The notes under the pieces were generated by a model, which was given only the letters and a program-made list of their open reading frames with translations, did no database searches and was not told the origin of the DNA. The position numbers and the translations under genes are program-made. This document shows, piece after piece, positions 55,636-63,272 of a stretch of DNA of 64,000 bases. Numbering within the stretch: the stretch's first letter is position 1; each line of letters begins with the position of its first letter. The stretch is from positions 14,868-78,867 of the forward strand of contig JAOSKN010000004.1 in the NCBI GenBank assembly GCA_027493525.1, given 5' to 3'. This DNA comes from Planctomycetota bacterium (GTDB taxonomy: Bacteria; Planctomycetota; SZUA-567; H5-PLA8).

Positions 55636-58517
55636 CTATTCCTTCTTGTCGTCCCCCGCCGCGCCCAGCCGCTTCATGGCCCCCTGCGCGTCGCGGGCCT
55701 CGCGGCTCTCCGAAGCCCCCGCCGCCAGCCGCGAGAGGATCTCCCGCGCCGCCGGCGTGCCGTTGCGCTCCAGCGCCGCCAGCGCGCGCGCGCGCCGCAG
55801 CAGGTCCGGCGAACTCGGCGTCGGGCTCTCCAGCGCCGCCAGCACCGCCTTGGCGCGGTTCTTGATCTCCAGCGACTCGGACGCCTCCGCGGCCTTGCGC
55901 AGCGCCGACTCCGCCGCGCGCCCCAGCAGCTCCAGCTTCTTCGAGGCCTCGTCGCGCTGGTTCACGTCGTCGCTGTCGAGCTGCGCCAGCAGTTGCCCCA
56001 GCTCGCCCTCCGGCGGCGGCGCCAGCTCCAGCATCCGCCCCAGGAACTTCGCCGCGCCTTCGCCGCCGGCCGCCAGCTTCCAGACCGCCGCCCAGGCCGC
56101 GCCGGCCTCGCCGGACAGCTCGCCCCACAGCCCTTTCAGCGCCTCCTCGTCCCCGGCCGTCTCCGGCAGCGCCGCCTTCAGCACCGCCTCCGGCGTCGCC
56201 CAGACCAGCGCCGTGGTATCCTGGTGCCCGGTCGCCAGCCGCGTCCCGTCGGCGCTCGCCGCCATGCACAGGATCCGGTTCTTCCCGAACTGCCGCGACA
56301 TCGCCATCTTGACCGCCGCCGGGCCGGCCGCCTGCAAGCGCTCCAGTTCCTTGTCCTCCGCCGGATCGGAAGGGCTCGCCTCCAGCTTCGCCAGTTCCGC
56401 GCCCGTCGCCATGTTCCAGAAGCGCAGCGCCCCGTCCATCCCCGCCGTCGCCAGCACCTTCCCGCCGGGCAGGAACGCCAGGCCCGTCTGGTACGGCGCC
56501 GGCGTCTGGAGCAGCAGCACGTCCTGCCCGCTCGCCAGTTCCACGATCCGCACCCCGGGCTGGCCGCCTTCGGCCTTCCCATTGCCCGCCGCGCCCGCGC
56601 GCAGCGGGTTGTTTCCGTCGCCCAGGCCCATCGTCACCAGCAGCCGCGAGTCCGGCGAGAGCGCCAGGCAGTTCGGCGAGAGCCGCCCCAGCGTGTACTC
56701 GCACACCGCCTCGCCCGTCGCGGCCTCGAAGAAACCCACCGCCCCGTCGTAGCTCGCGGTGATGAACAGGCTCCCGTCCGGCGCGTAGGCCAGGCTGCCC
56801 ACGTTCTGCCCCGGCGCCGCGACGTCCGCGAGCTTCTTCCCCGTCTTCGTCTCGTACAGGTGCACCTGCTTGTTCGAACTCGCCACCGCCAGCCGCCCGC
56901 CGTCCGGCGAGAAGCACAGCGCCGTCGGGAAGCCCGGCAGGTTCTCCAGCTTCGCGCCTTCCTTTCCGCTCTCGGCCTCCAGCAGCTTCACCGTCTTGTC
57001 GAAGCCGCACAGCGCCAGCAGCGCGCCGTCCTTCGAGAGCGCCGCCATCCGGTAGCGCTGCCGGTGCACCTTCGCCTCCCCCGACTTCCGCGGGTCCCGC
57101 GCCTCCTCCACCGACCAGAGCCGCACCGTCCCGTCGTTGCTCCCCGTCAGCACCCGGTCGCGGTCCGCCCCGAAGGCGATCTGCGCGATCTGCGAAGCAT
57201 GGCCCGGCGGGTCCACCAGCGCCTTCCCCGCCTCCGCGTCCCACAGGCTGATCACCTGCGTCGAGACCGCCAGCGTCTTCCCGTCCGGCGCCAGCTCCAT
57301 CTGGTTCACCGCCTGCGGGCTGGCCTGGAAGCGCTGCACCTGCTTCTTGCCCGGATACTCCCAGACCGTCACGAACCCGTCGTTGCCCCCGCATACCAGC
57401 CGCTTCCCGTCGGCGCTGAAGATCAGGTGCCGGACCCCCGTGCCCTTCTCCGGGAGTTCCATCGTCTGCTCGCCCGTCTCCAGCGAAATGAAGCGGATCT
57501 TTCTTGTCCCAGCTCCCCACCGCCAGGCCCGCCCCGTCCGGCGTCAGCGCCACCGCCGACGGGTACGCCTTGTCCGGCAGGTCGAAGACCTCCAGCTCCT
57601 TCCCGTCCTTCGCGTCGTACGCGTAGACCTTCCGGTCGCTGCCCACCCCGATCAGCTTCTGCCCGTCCGCCACGAACGCCGCGCTCATGAAGCGCTGCTT
57701 GTCCAGCGCGATCTTCTGCCGCACCGCCCCCGTTTCCAGGTCCAGCAGCAGCAGCCCGTTGTTCGTCTGCGCCGCCCCCGACTTGCCGTCCTGTGAGCAG
57801 AACACCTTCATCACGTGCTCGCCTTCGACCTGAATCCGGCCCGTCTCCTTCAGCGTCTCCGCGTCGAGCTTCCTCAAGCTCTGGTCTTGCAGGCTCAGCA
57901 GCAGCGTCTTCCCGCCGGGCAGGAGCTGGAGCCCCAGCGGGTTGATCGGAAGCTCCACCCGCCGCAGCTCGTCCCCCGTCGCCGCGTCCCACTCCCGCAG
58001 CGTCATGTCGTGCCCGCACGAGACCAGCCGCTTCCCGTCCCCGCAGAAGCGCCAGCCCCCCGATGTATTGCATGTGCCGCAGCTTCAGCGAACCCAGCCG
58101 CGCCAGCGCGCCCGGCGGAAGCGCCGCCGCCGGCGGCGCGATCGGCTCGGGCAGCGGCGGGCTCTCGGCCTTCTCTTCGCCGTCCTCGCCCTTGGGCTGC
58201 TCGTCCCCGTCCGCCCGCTTCACCGCCTCCACGGCCGCGCCTTCCACGCGCGCCTCGGCCTTCACCCCCTGCGCGGGCGGCGCCTTCGCCTCCGCCGGCT
58301 TCTCCGCCTCCTTCGCGGGCTCCGGCGCCTTCACCGGCTCGGGCTTCGGCGGCGGCGCCGGGTCGGCGTTGCCCTCGCCCGCCCAGCCCCACGCCGAGAA
58401 ACTCAGCGCGAGGGCCAGGAGCGCCCGCGCGGACCCTTGCACGGAGCAGGGCAGGGGACGGGTCGCCGCACTCCGCAACGCGACCTGGCCTGGACCGCGA
58501 TCCTGTCGCTGACGCAT
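55636..58517 (-). pseudogene. Secreted WD40/beta-propeller repeat protein with HEAT-like C-terminus, split by two single-base homopolymer frameshifts
   Basis: SD AAGGAG plus ATG 58517, signal peptide, then a PAEK-rich linker. WD-like blades run across three ORFs (57423..58643, 55292..58006, 55636..57462). Junctions are at C6 58056-58061 (IGG|WRFCGDGKRLVSCGHD) and T3 57500-57502 (WDKK|IRFISLETGEQ). Confidence 0.8.
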
Positions 58518-58920
58518 CGCCGACTCCTTGAAAAATGAGCACCGCGACCACTCTAGAGTCTGAGAAGCCATGGAGCAACGCCGCGTGAAGCCGGGCCGGT
58601 GGGCCTCATCAGAAAGGAACCCGCAACGCCCCGATTGCTGCACGCCCTCGACCTTCCATCGTTATAAGGAAGCGCCGCGAACGCCGCCTCTGCCGCCCTG
58701 GCTTCGAACGTCGCGCCACTCGGCCGCCTTCGGCCCTAAGCCCAGACCCGTTCCCGAGCCTGAGAACCAAAAGCATTAAGCGTGTAAACCTATACAAAGA
58801 AATATGTAACAATTCTATTGATAACCGATAAAACTACCCCGGCTCGTGGATTATATTCCTTCTACACGCCTCCTTGAAAGGGCCGCATATGGATCCCTGC
58901 TCTCGCCGACGCCGCGTCCG

Positions 58921-59310
58921 TAGGGACGCGACGAAAATAGCCCAGCCTTTCAAGGCTGGGACCATGAACGCCGCGTCACGAACTCAGTCCCGCAGGGACG
59001 GCTGAGGGGTACGCGCCCGCCGCCGAGCGGCAACGGCGATTGTTCATCGTTCATGGTCCATTCATCATCGTTCATCGACGGCCCAAGGGGCCGGGCCACT
59101 CGGGCAATGAACAATGGAAAATGAACGTTGAACGATGACCCATCGCCGTTCATCGCCCGGCACGGGGCGGCTGCGCCGACCCGTGGCACGCAAGCGAGCA
59201 GGATGCTCGCGGTACGGGAAGAACCAGAAGACGCGCGGGCGGGACGCCCGCGCGAGCCGGCGGGGACGCCGGCGCTACAGCGGCTGCGCCGACCCGTGGC
59301 ACTTGCGGGC
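58921..59310. repeat. Composite repeat block: X unit (GGGACGCGACGAAAATAGCCCAGCCTTTCAAGGCTGGGAC...CAGTCCCGCAGGGACG), a 125-bp palindromic ATGAACG-heptamer element, and REP hairpins
   Basis: X unit 58921-59000 recurs at 61468-61550. Palindromic element 59031-59155 recurs at 62336-62462. REP hairpins at 59157-59300. Confidence 0.85.
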
Positions 59311-59326
59311 AAGGTGCCCGCGGTCC

Positions 59327-60373
59327 TCAATACTTCACCCCCAGCTTGATGCTGTGCTGCGGCTCCGAATCGATCTTCGGGTACTCCGTCAGCAGGCTCT
59401 CGAAGGGCACCACCGGATCGACGATCGGCACGCCGTCGATCTTGCCTTCCTGGATCAGCCGCCAGCACGTCTCGTACACGCGAGAGTTGTCCCAGCGCGG
59501 GTGGTCGCGGTCCGGCTGGCTGCACGCGCGGCTGAAGACGATCTTCGGGAGGTTGTGGTGCGCCTCCGCGCCCAGGTCCAGCCCCGCCCCGTACGGCGAA
59601 GGCGCCGCGCCGGCCACCACCGTCCCGCCGTAGGCCACGCCGCGGATCGCCGCCTGCAAGGCCTGCCAGCTCGCGCTGTACTCGATCGCCACGTCCACCC
59701 CGCGCCCGCCGGTCTGTTCCTTCAGCAGTCGCCCCACGTCGGCGCCCTTCGCGTCGAGCACCGCGTCGGCGCCGCACGTCTTCGCCGCCTCCAGCCGCCG
59801 CGGGAGCATGTCCACCGCGAAGACCGGATACGCGCCGGCCAGCTTGGCGAGCTGGACCACGATCAGCCCGATCGCGCCCAGCCCGAAGACCGCCACCGCG
59901 TCCCCGATCCGCACCTGCCCGTCGCGCAGCGCCGCGAGCGCGAAGTCGGCCGGGTCCATGCACACCGCCGACTGCCACGGCACCCCCGCCGGCAGCTTCC
60001 ACGCCGTCTGGAATTCGCCCCCCGCGTTCTTCTTCACCACCGTCTCGCGGAAGCCGCTGTAGCAGAGCACCCGGTCGCCCACCGCGAAGCGCTCCGCCGC
60101 CGCGCCCTTCTCGACGACTTCCCCGACGAGCATGTTCCCCACCGTCGGCTTGCCCCACGCCGCGCCCGTCTCCTCGGGCTTCTCGAAGAGATGCAGCGCC
60201 TCGCTGTAGCGCCCGCGCTCGTGCATGCGCCCCTTGTAGACGTTCATCTCCGTGCCGTGCTTCGCCGCCGCGAATTCCGCCTTGATCCGAATCTCGTCGG
60301 CCGCCAGCGCGGGCTCCGCGTACTCTTCCCAGGCCAGTTCCCGCGGCGCGGGCACCACGATCCGCTTCGGCAT
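59327..60373 (-). CDS. Zinc-type medium-chain dehydrogenase/reductase
   Basis: MPKRIVVPAPRELAWEEY.... Rossmann motif VFGLGAIGLIVVQLAKLAGA. Confidence 0.8.
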   Translation of the reverse strand: MPKRIVVPAPRELAWEEYAEPALAADEIRIKAEFAAAKHGTEMNVYKGRMHERGRYSEALHLFEKPEETGAAWGKPTVGNMLVGEVVEKGAAAERFAVGDRVLCYSGFRETVVKKNAGGEFQTAWKLPAGVPWQSAVCMDPADFALAALRDGQVRIGDAVAVFGLGAIGLIVVQLAKLAGAYPVFAVDMLPRRLEAAKTCGADAVLDAKGADVGRLLKEQTGGRGVDVAIEYSASWQALQAAIRGVAYGGTVVAGAAPSPYGAGLDLGAEAHHNLPKIVFSRACSQPDRDHPRWDNSRVYETCWRLIQEGKIDGVPIVDPVVPFESLLTEYPKIDSEPQHSIKLGVKY

Positions 60374-60426
60374 CTCGATTTCTCCTCGTATCCCGGAGTC
60401 CGGATACCGGCCCCCGGACCCCGCCC

Positions 60427-61236
60427 TCAATGCTTCGGAAACAGGAACACCGGCCGTTCGCCCACCCGCGCCGCGCCGCGCTGCCGCAGCAGCCCCGTCA
60501 GCTCCGGGAACTTCGCCAGGCAGAAGCCGTCGAGAAACAGCGCGCCGCCCGGCGCCACGCGCGGCGCCAGCCGCTCCAGCAGCCGCTGCGCCTTGTCCGC
60601 CACGAAGTACCCGATGAAGTTCCGGCACAGCACCGCGTCGAACGGCTTGGCCTGGTCCGGCAGCGGCAGCGCGAAGGCGTTGCCCACTTCGAAGTGAATC
60701 CTCGCGAGCACCTCCGCCGAGACCTTCCCCGGCGTCTCCAGGTGCTCCACCGGGAACCCGAAGGTCAGCCGCCCGCTCCGCGCCGACTCCACCAGCGCCG
60801 GCTGGATGTCGAAGGCGTGGATCTCGAAATCGAGCTTCCGCTTCAGCAGGAACGCCGCGACCGTGAACGCCTCGTCGCCCAGGCTGCACGGGACGACCAG
60901 CACCCGCGCCTTCCGCCCCTGCACGTGCGGCAGGATCTCGCGGTCCAGCGCCTCCAGTTCGCCCTCGGTGAAGCGGAAGAGCGTCGTCTCGGGCGTGATC
61001 AGGTTCGCCAGCACCTTTTCGCGCAGCGTCATCTTCGCGAAGACGTCCGCCCCCGCGTGCCGCTGCCCGCGGCAGCCGTCCAGCATCCGCCGCTCGAACG
61101 CCGTCAGGTCCGCCGCCCCGTTCAGCGCCGCGAGCAGCTCCGAGACGTAACGCGAGTGCGGATCCAGCTCCGCGTGCGCGTGCTCGATGTAGCGCCGGAC
61201 TTCGGCCAGATCTTTGAAAGCGGCGGCTTCGGGCAT
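60427..61236 (-). CDS. CheR-like SAM-dependent methyltransferase
   Basis: ETTLFRF....L.......RVLVVPCSLGDEAFTVAAFL....FEIHAFDI....ESAR.G......FDAVLCRNFIGYF fits the CheR MTase-domain pattern. No other chemotaxis genes are nearby. Confidence 0.6.
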   Translation of the reverse strand: MPEAAAFKDLAEVRRYIEHAHAELDPHSRYVSELLAALNGAADLTAFERRMLDGCRGQRHAGADVFAKMTLREKVLANLITPETTLFRFTEGELEALDREILPHVQGRKARVLVVPCSLGDEAFTVAAFLLKRKLDFEIHAFDIQPALVESARSGRLTFGFPVEHLETPGKVSAEVLARIHFEVGNAFALPLPDQAKPFDAVLCRNFIGYFVADKAQRLLERLAPRVAPGGALFLDGFCLAKFPELTGLLRQRGAARVGERPVFLFPKH

Positions 61237-61285
61237 CGGGACAGTCTGCCAAGCCTTGCCGCGGATGCAATGGAACTACCAAAAA

Positions 61286-61700
61286 CTGTAATCAGTGATC
61301 AGTGATCGGACGCGATGTAATGAACGTGGGTCGATCCTCGGGTGTCGCGCCCGCAGCCGTGCCACGGGTCGGCGCTGCCGCCGTAGCGCCGGCGTCCCCG
61401 CCGGCTCGCGTGGGCGTCCCGCCCGCGCGTCTTCCAGTTCATCCCGTTTCGCCCGCCGCCGCGTCCCCCAGGGACGCGACGAAAATAGCCCAGCCTTTCA
61501 AGGCTGGGACCGTGAGCGCCGCCCCACAAGCCCAGTCCCGCAGGGACGACTGAAGCGCAGGCGTACCCCGCAGCCGTCCCTGCCGAGCATCCTCCAACGT
61601 GCTGGCTGGGTACAAGTTGCAACCGCTTGCGTTGACTTGCTGCGGCATGTTCCATAGGCTCTGGATTTACTAGGCCGCACGAATGCGGTCGAATACATGT
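61286..61700. repeat. Composite repeat block ending in copy 1 of a ~190-bp leader element (61511-61700)
   Basis: Short CTGTAAT/CAGTGAT array, REP hairpins 61359-61440, X unit 61468-61550. The leader is >90% identical by eye to 62477-62667. Confidence 0.85.
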
Positions 61701-61713
61701 TTGATGCTTCGTC

Positions 61714-62091
61714 ATGAGCGCCATCGCACATTCCAACTTTGAGACTTTCGCAGAGGGATTTGTGCGAGCGTATTGGCAGACCATCAAGAGCGGCGCTTTC
61801 TCGATGCCTCCACATGAGCCAGTGGAGGAGAGCATCGAGGAGTTGCTCTCCGAGGTTTCCCATCGGACGGAGTTTCAGCGCGACGGCAGTTTGCACGAGC
61901 TTCACATGGAGAACGCGCACGGAGATTGGTGGCGGTTTTCGTTTCGAGCCAGCGGAGGTCGCTGGGAGTTGGTTGGAGCATCAGCCCGTTCGGACAGCGA
62001 GATTCCGCACGACCTACTTGGTTCAGTCTACTCGCATCATTTTGCGCCTATGCTTCGCCATGTTGAGAGAGTCACGAATGAACGCATCTAA
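61714..62091 (+). CDS. Orphan hypothetical protein (125 aa)
   Basis: Non-biased, lower-GC ORF starting 13 nt after leader copy 1 (MSAIAHSNFETFAEGFVRAYWQTIKSGAF...). No family recognised. Confidence 0.55.
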   Translation: MSAIAHSNFETFAEGFVRAYWQTIKSGAFSMPPHEPVEESIEELLSEVSHRTEFQRDGSLHELHMENAHGDWWRFSFRASGGRWELVGASARSDSEIPHDLLGSVYSHHFAPMLRHVERVTNERI

Positions 62092-62139
62092 CCATGCGCT
62101 GCAGCGAACCCGGGCTGGTGGCGCTGACTGAGGTTGGTT
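62086..62139 (+). other. attC-like imperfect palindrome 1 (weak)
   Basis: ATCTAAC (fits RYYYAAC and overlaps the stop codon) ... GTTGGTT. Internal arms ctGCAGCGaacc / ggCGCTGAc pair with a bulged base. Overall pairing is modest. Confidence 0.3.
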
Positions 62140-62335
62140 TGTGATCTGGTGCCACTGCGCTGCGGTACTCCGCAGCCAGTGCGAGGCGCGCACCCCGGAT
62201 TTAACTCGCACGTAGACCCGAATGAAGTAACTTGAGTGGGCCACGCGATCCGGACGGCGAAGCACGGGCTGCCTACAGCCGCAGCCAGCGGCGCCAGTTC
62301 CTGAAAGGCACAAGGCGAGGCGAAGGGTGACAGTG

Positions 62336-62667
62336 CCACCAGCCCGATGAACGACAATTGGTCATCGTTCAACGTTCATTTCCCATTGATCATTGCCGAG
62401 TGGACCGGCCCACGGGACTGTCGATGAACAATGACGAATGGACAATGAACGATGAGCCATGGCCGTTGCCGTTCAAGCGGCCGTCCCGCCCCACAAGCCC
62501 AGTCCCGCAGGGACGACTGAAGCGCAAGCGTCCCCGAAGTCGTCCCTGCCGAGCATCCTCCAATGTGCTGGCTGGGTACAAGTTGCAACCGCATGCGTTG
62601 ACTTGCTGCGGTATGTTCCATAGGATCTGGATCTACTAGGCCGCACGAATGCGGTCGAATACATGTT
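62336..62667. repeat. Second copy of the 125-bp palindromic heptamer element (62336-62462) plus copy 2 of the ~190-bp leader (62477-62667)
   Basis: Direct comparison with 59031-59155 (reverse complement about 85% identical) and with 61511-61700. Confidence 0.85.
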
Positions 62668-63027
62668 ATGCCTCACTTGCCGTCCAACCTCGCTGAGCAC
62701 ATGGCGGAGTACTTCAGCCGCGATGCGCGACATTGGCCGGGCGCCCGAGCCGACCACCGGGCGCGGTTGATCGCGCTAGCGTTCGATGACGCGACGGCTT
62801 GGTACGTCGCGCCACTGACTCAAGCGTGGAGCACCCTTCTTGCGACGGGATATACCGCGGAGCACGGATCAACGATCGCGTTGACAACGCCCGGCCAAGA
62901 CACCGACGCTATATTGCGATTTCGCGAGCAACGGCACGCTGAGACGAACGACAGAGGTTTGGCGTATGAACTTAGCTTCGCGTCGTCGGAGGATGTCTGG
63001 CCCGGCTGGTTTTCACTCGAAGCGTGA
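62668..63027 (+). CDS. Orphan hypothetical protein (119 aa)
   Basis: The ATG immediately abuts the end of leader copy 2 (MPHLPSNLAEHMAEYFSRDARHWPG...). Composition is not Arg/Pro-noise. No family recognised. Confidence 0.5.
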   Translation: MPHLPSNLAEHMAEYFSRDARHWPGARADHRARLIALAFDDATAWYVAPLTQAWSTLLATGYTAEHGSTIALTTPGQDTDAILRFREQRHAETNDRGLAYELSFASSEDVWPGWFSLEA

Positions 63028-63028
63028 G

Positions 63029-63129
63029 GCATAACCAGCCGTTGCAGCGGACCGGGCGGGCGTCGCGGTCCTCGTGATTCGAGAGTGCGTCCGGTGCCCG
63101 CCCGGCCGCTGAACGTCGATCCGTTAGGC
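63029..63129 (+). other. attC-like imperfect palindrome 2 (101 bp)
   Basis: GCATAAC ... GTTAGGC (fits GTTRRRY). Arms ccgttGcagcggAccgggcgggc / gcccgcccgg-ccgctg-aacg give about 20 bp of pairing with two single-base bulges. Starts 2 nt after the stop codon. Confidence 0.4.
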
Positions 63130-63187
63130 GCCCAAGATGCCGCCCGGATCGCCTCTGCGCCCCTCCGTGCCTCCGTGGTAAGCCGTT

Positions 63188-63270
63188 CAATCGTCAATCC
63201 GCAATCGTAAATCGTAAATCTTCCCCGCACCCATACGCGAACTATCCCTCGGAACTCGGAACTCGGAACT
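63188..63270. repeat. Heptamer arrays (AATCGTC/AATCGTA type, then GGAACTC x3)
   Basis: caatcgtcaatccgcaatcgtaaatcgtaaatc ... ctcggaactcggaactcggaact. Ends 2 nt before the stop of the S1/P1 nuclease gene. Confidence 0.9.
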
Positions 63271-63272
63271 TC

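Noticed and set aside
58650-59326. Coding potential in the 680-bp gap upstream of the WD40 gene (ORF 58950..60158 and others)
   Set aside because: The region consists of recognisable repeat units (X unit, palindromic heptamer element, REP hairpins) plus an AT-rich stretch. The ORFs are Arg/Gly-rich and antisense to the dehydrogenase gene.
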